From Rhodospirillaceae bacterium (GTDB taxonomy: Bacteria; Pseudomonadota; Alphaproteobacteria; GCA-2731375), in NCBI GenBank assembly GCA_018701215.1, contig JABIWH010000060.1, positions 41,715 to 105,714 on the forward strand: a stretch of 64,000 nt of DNA. The letters run 5' to 3'. Shown in pieces: positions 56,249-64,000 of the stretch. The first letter of the stretch is position 1, and each line of letters opens with the position of its first letter. A program made the position numbers and the translations under genes. The notes below the pieces were generated by a model that did not search any database, had not been told where the DNA came from, and saw only the letters and a list, made by a program, of their open reading frames with translations.

Positions 56249-56760
56249 GGCTGTACTGGTGGATCGTCATCGGTGTCCCAGTCGTGCTCCGGTTCCGGGT
56301 AGCGCTGTAACCATTCCCGAACCAGGGCGACATGCTCGGCTTCCTCCAACACGAACTCCTCGGCCAGGTTGCGCAGGTCGTCCGTGGGCGCCTGGTTGAC
56401 GACATCCGTATAGAACGCCAGGGCGCGTTCCTCCGCCGCCAGGGCCAGGGTCAAGGCCTGATGGGGTTGGATCAGATAGTGCATTTCACCAAACGGGATC
56501 GCCTCCGGGCTTTCCAGATTGCCCCAGGCGTAATCCGCCGCCGCCATGGGCGTTCTCGCTGCACCGTGCTCCAGGCTCAACTCAGCCGCATGTTTGGCTT
56601 CAATCTCCGCCAGCTTGGCGAACAGGTCGCCGACCTCGGTGTTGTTGCAGGCATACATTTGATCGGCCAGATCCTGGTAGCGCTCCGCTGCCTCGTTCTC
56701 GATGGCATAGGCGTGGGCCAGCAAGGTTTCGCGGTTGCCAGGTTTCTCGGCGGCATTCAT
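56245..56760 (-). CDS. ferritin-like diiron protein of the rubrerythrin family (no rubredoxin domain)
   Basis: 171 aa with two E..H pairs (ENEAAERY, EAKH ; EERALAFY, EEAEH). Start overlaps korB stop by 4 bp. Confidence 0.65.
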   Translation of the reverse strand: MNAAEKPGNRETLLAHAYAIENEAAERYQDLADQMYACNNTEVGDLFAKLAEIEAKHAAELSLEHGAARTPMAAADYAWGNLESPEAIPFGEMHYLIQPHQALTLALAAEERALAFYTDVVNQAPTDDLRNLAEEFVLEEAEHVALVREWLQRYPEPEHDWDTDDDPPVQP

Positions 56761-57599
56761 GGCAGGAACTCCGCTTCAAAATCAACCTTGGCCGCATCAT
56801 CCGGCTTGAAGGCAGGTTGATAGGGCGCGCGGTTGCCACGGTACAATATGCCGGTGTTGAAGCCGTCATCGGTCAGAACCCGGCGCGCCGCGCGGGCCCG
56901 GTCCTCCGTTGCGTCGACCGAGGCCGGATGCACCTGCTTGGCCCATTCACGTTCCTCGGGCCGGAAGGTGACACAGGGGCTGAGGATCTCAATCAGGGAA
57001 AATCCCGGATGATTGATCGCCTCGACAATCGTTTGCGCCGTGCCCTTGGCATCGCCTGAAAATGTCCGGGCGACAAAATTCGCGCCCGCCGCCAGGGCAA
57101 TCACCAGGGGATGAAAGGGGCTAAGCCCGGTACCGCCTGGTACCAGGGCGCTGTCCCATTCTGGCGGCGTGGTGGGCGAAGGCTGGCCCTTGGTCATGCC
57201 ATAGACCTGATTATCCATGACGATATAGGTTAGATCCACGTTGCGCCGGCAGGCATGCATGAAGTGATTGCCGCCGATGGAGTAGCCGTCGCCATCGCCG
57301 CCCGCCGCGATCACCAGCAGATCGGGCCGGCTCAACTTCAACCCCGTGGCCAAAGGAAGCGCGCGGCCATGCACACCGTGAAAGCCATAACAGGAGGTAT
57401 AGGCCGGCACGCGGGAGGAACAGCCGATGCCGGAGATGACCGCGACCTCCTCGGGCGGGCGGCCCACATCGGCCATGGCCATGGTGATGGCCATCAGGAT
57501 CGAGAAATCGCCGCAGCCGGGGCACCAGACCGGTTTCAGATCGGATTTATAGTCCCGCGCCGTTAGCGCGCATGCGGTCTCGGCGTTCATGACAGCCAT
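56757..57599 (-). CDS. korB: 2-oxoacid:ferredoxin oxidoreductase beta subunit (TPP-binding)
   Basis: ~280 aa from MAVMNAETA... (alternative ATG at 57590 gives an ATGA overlap with korA). WCPGCGDF and GDG.....G.NH motifs. The N-terminal 109 codons of the six-frame ORF are a shadow. Confidence 0.85.
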   Translation of the reverse strand: MAVMNAETACALTARDYKSDLKPVWCPGCGDFSILMAITMAMADVGRPPEEVAVISGIGCSSRVPAYTSCYGFHGVHGRALPLATGLKLSRPDLLVIAAGGDGDGYSIGGNHFMHACRRNVDLTYIVMDNQVYGMTKGQPSPTTPPEWDSALVPGGTGLSPFHPLVIALAAGANFVARTFSGDAKGTAQTIVEAINHPGFSLIEILSPCVTFRPEEREWAKQVHPASVDATEDRARAARRVLTDDGFNTGILYRGNRAPYQPAFKPDDAAKVDFEAEFLP

Positions 57600-59350
57600 T
57601 CCTCCAGCTTGGCGGTAATCTCGTCCGCCCGAAACGGTTGCGGGCCGGGCCGGGCGTATAGGTCGGCCATGGCCGGCAGATCGAACTGTGCCTTCAGGTG
57701 GCCAAAGAACTGCGCCATCTGGCTTTGTTCGATAACCAGAATCTGTTCGCTGCCCTGCAATGCGGCGGCCAGCGCCTTTGGCTGGGCCGGACTGATCAGA
57801 CGCAGGGAGATCAAACGCAGGCGTTTGCCATCGGGGTCCAGTCGCCGCATGGCCTCGCGCACCGGGCCGGTGGTGGAGCCCCAGGTGATAATGGCGGCGG
57901 GACCGTCGCCTTCGATCTGAGCCCAATGATCGCCGTAGTCATAGTCCACGACCTTGCGCAGGCGTTTGTCCAGTTGTTGGTTATGGTCCGCCACGCCCGA
58001 GGACGGTCTGCCGCTTTCGGCATGTTCCAGACCATCGGCGGTATACTGCCCGCCCGGCGTGCCCGGCAGGGCCATGGGCGAGACGCCCGAGGCGGTCAGG
58101 GCATAGCGTTGGTAATCTTCGCCCGGCGCCTCGGCCACCTCTCGGCGGGCGGCGAAGGCCTGCTCGGCCGGTTTCTCGACGATGCCCAGAGCCTGCCCAA
58201 AAGATTGATCAGACAGCATAATGGCGGGTACTTGCATGGCTTCGGCCAGATGCGTGGACCATTGCGCCGTGAACAGGCAATCGGAAATGGAGTTCGGCGC
58301 GGTCACCACATGAGGCGCATCGCCATGCAGGCCATAGACCGCGATGTTCAGATCGGATTGTTCCGACTTGGTTGGAATGCCGGTGGACGGCCCGCCGCGC
58401 ATTACGTCGATCACCAGCATTGGGATTTCCGCCGCCACCGCTAAACCGATCGACTCGCTCATCAAGGCCAGGCCGGGGCCGGAGGTCGCGGTCAGCACGG
58501 CGGAGCCGCCGAAGGACCCTCCGATGATCATATTGATCGAGGCCAGTTCATCCTCCGCCTGGACCAGCAGACCGCCGGCCTTTTGCAAACGGGGCGCCAG
58601 CCATTCCAGAATTTCGGTGGCCGGCGTGATGGGATAGGCGGCGGCGAAGCGCACACCGCCGCGCATGGCACCATAACCCGCCGCCTGATTGCCGGAAATA
58701 ATCCAGCGCGCGGCCTCTGTTGGGGCGGCGGCCAGTTTCGACAGGCTGAAATTGGCGGCCTCCTCATAGCCAAGATCCAATGCCGTTAGGCCCTGGGCCA
58801 TGGCCGCCTCGCCCTTTTTCTCCAGCCGCTCGCCGATCAGGGCGGCGACCGCCTCCCGTGGCAGCCCGATAGCGCCGGCGACCGTGCCCAAAGCCACCAT
58901 GTTGGGCCGGGTACCTTTGTGGGACCGCGTCAGGGTCTTTAAGTTGATCTCTTCCAGCCGGGGATCAGGCTCTGTCACGATCTGGGGCAACTCCGCCCCG
59001 GCCTCGCCTGATATCACCAGGGTATTGGCGCCAAGCAGCAGTTCACCGGCGAAGCGTTCGGCATTCTTCCAATCAATGGCGAGCAGCAGATCGACACGGT
59101 CGCCCTGGATCTCGACCGGTTTCGTCGACAAGGTGACAAAGGCCGCTGCCTCGCCGCCGCGGATCTGCGGGCCAAAGGACTTGGTCATCAGGCCGTAATA
59201 GCCCGCCCGCGCCGCCGCCCGCAGCAGGATTTCCGCTGCCGTCATGACGCCGGAGCCGCCGCTGCCAAGCATGACAATGCTCAGCGACTGCCTTGGCATT
59301 GCCGTCACATTGGTGACCGGCCGGTCCAAAGTGGTTTCTATCTGGTTCAT
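57587..59350 (-). CDS. korA: 2-oxoacid:ferredoxin oxidoreductase alpha subunit with fused gamma domain
   Basis: 587 aa. N-terminal POR-gamma-like region, then an alpha region with YPITPATEI. GGAGGAG RBS. Confidence 0.85.
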   Translation of the reverse strand: MNQIETTLDRPVTNVTAMPRQSLSIVMLGSGGSGVMTAAEILLRAAARAGYYGLMTKSFGPQIRGGEAAAFVTLSTKPVEIQGDRVDLLLAIDWKNAERFAGELLLGANTLVISGEAGAELPQIVTEPDPRLEEINLKTLTRSHKGTRPNMVALGTVAGAIGLPREAVAALIGERLEKKGEAAMAQGLTALDLGYEEAANFSLSKLAAAPTEAARWIISGNQAAGYGAMRGGVRFAAAYPITPATEILEWLAPRLQKAGGLLVQAEDELASINMIIGGSFGGSAVLTATSGPGLALMSESIGLAVAAEIPMLVIDVMRGGPSTGIPTKSEQSDLNIAVYGLHGDAPHVVTAPNSISDCLFTAQWSTHLAEAMQVPAIMLSDQSFGQALGIVEKPAEQAFAARREVAEAPGEDYQRYALTASGVSPMALPGTPGGQYTADGLEHAESGRPSSGVADHNQQLDKRLRKVVDYDYGDHWAQIEGDGPAAIITWGSTTGPVREAMRRLDPDGKRLRLISLRLISPAQPKALAAALQGSEQILVIEQSQMAQFFGHLKAQFDLPAMADLYARPGPQPFRADEITAKLEEWLS

Positions 59351-59570
59351 CGAAGCTCCTCCACACGTTCCACCCTGTCGATTTAGGCTTGACGGTTAAA
59401 ACCGTATTGTGGTACTTAAATACCATATTAGCTGATCCAAACAGATTTAGTCAATTCTTTTTTGGGTCATATTTGGGGCTTGGGGGCCCTTAACAGCTGG
59501 TTTTTCGGGGGAAAGACAAAGTCAGGGGAAGACGACGAGGTCATGTTTTTTAATTGGGAGAGCATCCAAG
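59351..59570. promoter_or_regulatory. divergent promoter region between korA and bcrC
   Basis: 220-bp AT-richer intergenic region between divergently transcribed operons. Contains GGTAC-N-...TACC-type short inverted repeats but no canonical FNR box (TTGAT-N4-ATCAA). Confidence 0.4.
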
Positions 59571-60734
59571 ATGACCGTGCAAGAAATTGTCGACCGCTGC
59601 CAGGCTCTATTCGACGACCTGGATTTCAACGCCGTTAAGGATTGGAAAGCCGCCAATCCCGGTGCCAAGGCCATCGGTTATCTGCCGATCTATGTGCCGC
59701 GCGAGATCATCCATGCCGCCGGCATGTTGCCCGTGGGCATATTCGGCGGCGGTGATCAGCTGGAAGTGATCCACGGCGACGCCTATTATCAAAGCTATAT
59801 CTGCCGTATTCCCCGCTCCACCATTGAACTGGGCCTGACCGGGCGCCTCGATAGCCTGGACGGCATGCTGTTTCCATCGATCTGCGATGTGATCCGCAAT
59901 TTGTCCGGCATGTGGCAGCTGTTGTTCAAGGACAAGTACGTCAAATACTTTGACGTGCCACAGACCTACAAGGATGACATCGGCGGCGCGTTCTACATCC
60001 ACGAGATGCAGACCCTGCGCGAGGATCTGGGCAAGCTGGCCGGGCGTGAGATCACCGACGAGGATCTGCAGAACTCCATCGCCGTCTATAACGAAAACCG
60101 CCGGGTCATCAACGAAGTCTACCAGCTGCGCGCCAAGCAGCCCTGGCAGGTGCCGACCTCGGAGATCTATCTGCTGCTGCGCGCCGGCATGGTTCTGCCG
60201 GTGGAGGAACATACCCAATTGCTGCGCGACTATCTCGCCGCGGCGGGCGCCGAGGAACGGCCCCGGCGTGACAACTGCCGCGTGGTGGTCAACGGCGTGT
60301 TCTGCGAGCAACCACCGCTTGGTCTGATCAAATCCCTGGAGATGGCCGGTTGTTACGTGGTGGACGACGATTTCCTGCTGATCACCCGTTGGCTGATCGA
60401 CGATGTGCCGACCACGGGCGATCCCATGGACAACCTGTCGAAAGCCTTTCTGCATCATTCCGCCGCGACCTCGGCCAAGTTCGAACCGGACAAGGCGGAC
60501 AAGGGCAAGTTCCTGATCAATCAGGTGCGCAACAGCGGCGCCGAAGGCGTGATCTTCGCCGCCCCCAGTTTCTGCGACCCGGCGTTGCTCGACCGGCCCA
60601 TGCTGCAAGAGGCCCTGAACCGGGACGATATTCCCTACACCGCCTTCAAGTACGCCGAAAACACCGGACAAATGCAGGCGATCCGCGAACAAGCGGGCAC
60701 CTTCGCCGATTCAATCAAACTATGGAGCGCATGA
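59571..60734 (+). CDS. bcrC: class I benzoyl-CoA reductase subunit C (BadD/BcrC; HgdB-like D-component family)
   Basis: 387 aa, length and order match BcrC/BadD. Cys residues positioned for the [4Fe-4S] ligands. GGGAGAG RBS. Confidence 0.8.
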   Translation: MTVQEIVDRCQALFDDLDFNAVKDWKAANPGAKAIGYLPIYVPREIIHAAGMLPVGIFGGGDQLEVIHGDAYYQSYICRIPRSTIELGLTGRLDSLDGMLFPSICDVIRNLSGMWQLLFKDKYVKYFDVPQTYKDDIGGAFYIHEMQTLREDLGKLAGREITDEDLQNSIAVYNENRRVINEVYQLRAKQPWQVPTSEIYLLLRAGMVLPVEEHTQLLRDYLAAAGAEERPRRDNCRVVVNGVFCEQPPLGLIKSLEMAGCYVVDDDFLLITRWLIDDVPTTGDPMDNLSKAFLHHSAATSAKFEPDKADKGKFLINQVRNSGAEGVIFAAPSFCDPALLDRPMLQEALNRDDIPYTAFKYAENTGQMQAIREQAGTFADSIKLWSA

Positions 60735-62035
60735 TGAACACAGCCGCCCCCAAAAAACCCTCCACCGAGGTGGTCAAAGAAGCTTCCATGCTGAAGCAAA
60801 AGGTGATGATCGACGAAAACTTCACCCGGCTGTCCACATCGAATGAAGACGGCCGCAAGGTCGTTTCCACCTTCGTGCCGGGCAATTTGAACGAATTGCT
60901 GATGTGCTTTGATCTGGACCGAAATTTTCCCGAGATTAATGCCCTGCAAAACGGCATGCGCAAGAAATCCGGACGTCTGATCATGGAGGCCGAACGTAAC
61001 GGCCAATCGGAAGATGTCTGCACCTATGTGAAATCCGATCTCGGCATGATCGAACAGGGCAACATCGGGCCCACGGGCGAAAAGCTGCCCGACCCCGACG
61101 TTTTGCTGCTCTCCTACACCGGCTGCTTCACCTTCATGAAATGGTTCGAGCTGGTGCGCGAAAAGTACGACTGCGAAACAATCATGCTGCACGTGCCCTA
61201 TCAGGCCGACGGCTCTATCACCCAGAACATGCGCGACTATGTGGTCAAGCAGCTGAAGGATGACGTGATCCCCACCTTGGAGCGGGTCAGCGGCGTCAAG
61301 TTCGATATCGACCGCCTGCGCGGCTATCTGCGGCAATCACAGCAGGCCGAGGACGACCTGGTCTGGATCCTGCAATCCGCTAAGAACAAGCCGTCGCCTA
61401 TCGATGCCTTCTTTGGCGGCGTCTACTACATCGGGCCGATCTTCACCGCGTTCCGCGGTACCGAGGCGGCGACGGAGTATTACCAAACCCTGCGCGGCGA
61501 GATCGAACAGCGCCTGGCCGACGGTCTGGGCCCGGTCACACCCGAAGGTGATTTTGGCAAGGAAAAATTCCGCCTGGTCGTCGAAGGTACGCCGAACTAC
61601 ACCAACTTCCGGGAATTCTGGAAGATGCTCTATGACGAAGGGGCGGTTGTTGTGGCGTCGAGCTACACCAAGGTCGGCGGCGTCTATGATCTTGGTTTCC
61701 GTCACGATCCAGACAATCCGCTGGAGTCCCTGGCTGACTACTGCCTCGGCTGCTACACCAACCTCAGCCTGCCGGCCCGGATTAAGATGTTGACCAACTA
61801 CATCGAGGATTATCAAGCCGACGGTCTGCTGGTCAATTCCGTGAAAAGCTGCAACAGCTTCTCCGCCGGGCAGTTGTTAATGCTGCGCGAGATTGAAAAG
61901 CGCACCGGCAAGCCGGGCGCGTTTATTGAAACCGATCTGGTCGATCCGCGTTATTTCTCCGCCGCCAACGTGAAGAACCGGTTGGAGAGTTATTTCCAGA
62001 TGCTGGAACAAAAAAACGCCACCCAGGCGGCCTAG
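60731..62035 (+). CDS. bcrB: class I benzoyl-CoA reductase subunit B (BadE/BcrB)
   Basis: ~434 aa from the ATG overlapping bcrC stop (ATGA). The upstream part of the six-frame ORF is an out-of-frame shadow of bcrC. Same D-component family as bcrC. Confidence 0.8.
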   Translation: MMNTAAPKKPSTEVVKEASMLKQKVMIDENFTRLSTSNEDGRKVVSTFVPGNLNELLMCFDLDRNFPEINALQNGMRKKSGRLIMEAERNGQSEDVCTYVKSDLGMIEQGNIGPTGEKLPDPDVLLLSYTGCFTFMKWFELVREKYDCETIMLHVPYQADGSITQNMRDYVVKQLKDDVIPTLERVSGVKFDIDRLRGYLRQSQQAEDDLVWILQSAKNKPSPIDAFFGGVYYIGPIFTAFRGTEAATEYYQTLRGEIEQRLADGLGPVTPEGDFGKEKFRLVVEGTPNYTNFREFWKMLYDEGAVVVASSYTKVGGVYDLGFRHDPDNPLESLADYCLGCYTNLSLPARIKMLTNYIEDYQADGLLVNSVKSCNSFSAGQLLMLREIEKRTGKPGAFIETDLVDPRYFSAANVKNRLESYFQMLEQKNATQAA

Positions 62036-62047
62036 GGAGAGCTCACC

Positions 62048-63385
62048 ATGGAAACTTTTATCGGCATTGACCTGGGCTCCACCACCACCAAGGCGGTGGT
62101 CATGGATGACAACCTGCAGGTCCTGGGACGGGGTATCACCAATTCCCGCTCCAACTACGACGTGGCGGCGGAAGTCGCGAAACAGGAAGCGTTGCTGAAC
62201 GCCCGTTTCCATCTATTCCGCCAGAGCCTGGACGGGGTTTCGGCCCTGGACGGACGCCTTGACGATTTTCTCGACCAGTTGGTGCGGGATTTCCGGCTGG
62301 AGCAGTTTCTCGAACAGTTGATTGATCTGGAACGGACCTGCATCGCCAATGCCGATCCGGAACGTTTTGGCGGGGAAACCGATGCCCTGCATGAAGCCTT
62401 GGCCGAGGTTTTTCGCCGCTTGAATAAAGAGGCGCCGGATCAATTCGCACCGGGTGCGCAGCGCAAATCCGATTTTTTTCGGGATATCGCCGGCTCCCGC
62501 TATTTGGCGGTCGGCGAAACGGTGGCAAACGAAAGCAGTCTGTCTTTCGATCATGTCCTCAACGTCTATGACCGCTCCATCATCGATGTGGAAAACCGCA
62601 TCTCCGAGGAAAGCCTGTCGGACAAATTGCTCCGCGCCCTGGACCGTACGTTCGCGGCCTACGATGATCTGTCGGCGGCCTCCGATGCGGTACATGCGCC
62701 CATCAGGGAGGTGCTGGAGACGCCGTTGGAGGAGACATTTGTCATCGGCACCGGCTATGGCCGGGCCCGGCTGCCATTTTCCAAGGACCATATCCGTTCG
62801 GAAATCCTTTGCCATGGCCTGGGCGCACACGTGATGTACCCCGATACCTCGACCGTGCTGGATATCGGTGGTCAGGACACCAAGGCGATCCAGGTTGATC
62901 CCGCCGGCATCGTCGAAAACTTTCAGATGAATGATCGTTGCGCCGCCGGCTGTGGCCGCTATCTGGGCTATATCGCCGACGAGATGAACCTTGGTCTGCA
63001 CGAACTTGGCCCGCTGGCCTTGAAGTCGACCCGCAATGTACGCATCAACTCCACCTGCACCGTTTTCGCCGGCGCCGAACTGCGCGACCGGCTGTCCCTG
63101 GGCGAGGCGCGGGAGGACATCCTGGCCGGTCTGCACCGGGCGATCATCTTGCGCGCCATGTCGATCCTCTCGCGCTCGGGCGGTATTCGCGATCAGTTCA
63201 CCTTCACGGGCGGCGTCGCCAACAACGGCGCGGCGGTGAAGGCGTTGAAGCAATTGATCCAGGAAAACTATGGCGAGTTGACCATCAACATCGACCCGGA
63301 TTCGATCTACACCGGAGCCCTGGGCGCGGCCACCTTCGCGCAGCGGGCCGTGGCCGACGGCGAAGTCGCCCAAGTAGAAAACTAG
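62048..63385 (+). CDS. bcrA: class I benzoyl-CoA reductase subunit A (BadF/BcrA; BadF/BadG/BcrA/BcrD-type ATPase)
   Basis: 445 aa. Begins [15 protein letters not shown] (ASKHA ATPase phosphate-1 motif) with the characteristic long insertion of BcrA. AGGGAGAG RBS. Confidence 0.8.
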   Translation: METFIGIDLGSTTTKAVVMDDNLQVLGRGITNSRSNYDVAAEVAKQEALLNARFHLFRQSLDGVSALDGRLDDFLDQLVRDFRLEQFLEQLIDLERTCIANADPERFGGETDALHEALAEVFRRLNKEAPDQFAPGAQRKSDFFRDIAGSRYLAVGETVANESSLSFDHVLNVYDRSIIDVENRISEESLSDKLLRALDRTFAAYDDLSAASDAVHAPIREVLETPLEETFVIGTGYGRARLPFSKDHIRSEILCHGLGAHVMYPDTSTVLDIGGQDTKAIQVDPAGIVENFQMNDRCAAGCGRYLGYIADEMNLGLHELGPLALKSTRNVRINSTCTVFAGAELRDRLSLGEAREDILAGLHRAIILRAMSILSRSGGIRDQFTFTGGVANNGAAVKALKQLIQENYGELTINIDPDSIYTGALGAATFAQRAVADGEVAQVEN

Positions 63386-63409
63386 GAACATTAGAGGGGG
63401 AGTGGCAAA

Positions 63410-64000
63410 ATGCATATTTCAGCAGGTATCGATATTGGCACCGGCGCCGTCAAGGCGGTGTTGTTCAAGAGTGAGGGCGGCGAGAAGCCCGAATGGCTGG
63501 GCAAGCGGATGGAGCGTATCCGCCGCCGCGACCCCATGGATCTGGCCCGGCAATGCTATGACGAAATGTTGGCCGAGGCCGGCTTGACGGAAGACGACAT
63601 CGACTATGTCGCGACCACCGGCGAGGGCGAGAATATCGAATTCCGCACCGGGCATTTTTATTCTATGACCACGCATGCGCGCGGCGCCATTTATCTGGAC
63701 CCTGACACCCGTGCGGCCATGGATGTGGGCGCCCTGCATGGCCGGGCCATTCGCGTCGATGATCGCGGCAAGGTTCTGACCTACAAGATGACCTCGCAAT
63801 GCGCTTCGGGCTCGGGACAGTTTCTGGAGAATATCGCCCGCTATCTGGGCGTGGCCCTGGACGAGGTTGGCGAGCTGTCACAGCAGGCCGATGATCCCGA
63901 GGCGGTCAGCTCGATTTGCGCCGTGCTGGCGGAAACCGACGTGATCAACATGGTCAGCCGGGGCATTTCCACGCAGAACATCCTGAAGGGTATTCATACC
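63410..64000 (+). CDS. bcrD: class I benzoyl-CoA reductase subunit D (BadG/BcrD ATPase), 3' end outside window
   Basis: Begins MHISAGIDIGTGAVKAVLF (ASKHA motif) after an AGAGGGGGAG RBS. Open to the window edge (197 codons), so absent from the ORF track. Confidence 0.75.
   Translation, partial: MHISAGIDIGTGAVKAVLFKSEGGEKPEWLGKRMERIRRRDPMDLARQCYDEMLAEAGLTEDDIDYVATTGEGENIEFRTGHFYSMTTHARGAIYLDPDTRAAMDVGALHGRAIRVDDRGKVLTYKMTSQCASGSGQFLENIARYLGVALDEVGELSQQADDPEAVSSICAVLAETDVINMVSRGISTQNILKGIHT

Noticed and set aside
59351-59570. Search for an FNR/AadR box (TTGAT-N4-ATCAA) upstream of bcrC
   Set aside because: No convincing match found by eye, only partial half-sites, so no FNR site is called.
59607-63415. 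Long minus-strand ORFs (59607..60692, 60635..61336, 62213..63415) across the bcr operon
   Set aside because: Antisense shadows of bcrC/bcrB/bcrA with low-complexity Gly/Ala/Arg-rich translations.
1-64000. tRNA, rRNA, CRISPR arrays, transposases, integrases
   Set aside because: No cloverleaf-compatible conserved tRNA motifs (GTTCGA/TTCRA T-loop in a proper context) stood out in intergenic regions. There are no repeat-spacer arrays. No ORF resembles transposase or integrase families. The only mobile-like signals are the TA loci and the lower-GC segment.

Overview
High-GC (about 60-65%) gene-dense chromosomal window, probably from an alphaproteobacterium-like organism (inference from composition and gene content). 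Almost every locus concerns acyl-CoA thioester metabolism. From left to right I see the following. (1) A hotdog MaoC-like hydratase tail, an acyl-CoA dehydrogenase and two family-III CoA-transferases, i.e. a C4/C5-dicarboxylate-CoA type module. (2) A lower-GC insertion carrying a RES-Xre (MbcT/MbcA-like) toxin-antitoxin pair and a Bax/FlgJ-type glucosaminidase. (3) A TcuA-like flavoprotein and a PrpF-like isomerase pair, a D-aminoacylase, an alpha/beta-hydrolase and a PaaI thioesterase. (4) A large substrate-binding-domain-fused PAS histidine kinase with no partner response regulator. (5) A candidate oxidative catabolic locus: a PhyH dioxygenase, a cytoplasmic NMT1/THI5-like protein and a class-III metallophosphodiesterase in one operon, with a convergent IPNS-type 2OG oxygenase and a divergent SSS transporter that has a long leader. 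(6) An atu/liu-like branched-chain acyl-CoA carboxylation cluster: AtuA-like protein, carboxyltransferase, hydratase, biotin carboxylase alpha subunit, two tandem paralogous ACADs, a ligase, and a divergent ACAD with a TetR regulator, plus a nitronate monooxygenase, a DinB-like protein and a VOC protein. (7) A membrane sulfatase-family protein, ZapE, and mmsA-ilvD. (8) An anaerobic benzoyl-CoA (bad/bcr-type) island. It carries an orphan Phd-like antitoxin with a perfect palindromic operator, two tandem aryl/acyl-CoA ligases, a methyltransferase, and a crotonase/QOR/crotonase/SDR/crotonase lower-pathway module. It also carries an operon korA-korB-rubrerythrin-like-GNAT-Rrf2 (BadL/BadM-like) and the class I benzoyl-CoA reductase operon bcrCBAD (badDEFG order), which runs off the window end. 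I found no rRNA, tRNA, CRISPR array or transposase. Many long ORFs in the six-frame track are antisense shadows typical of high-GC DNA and were not called.
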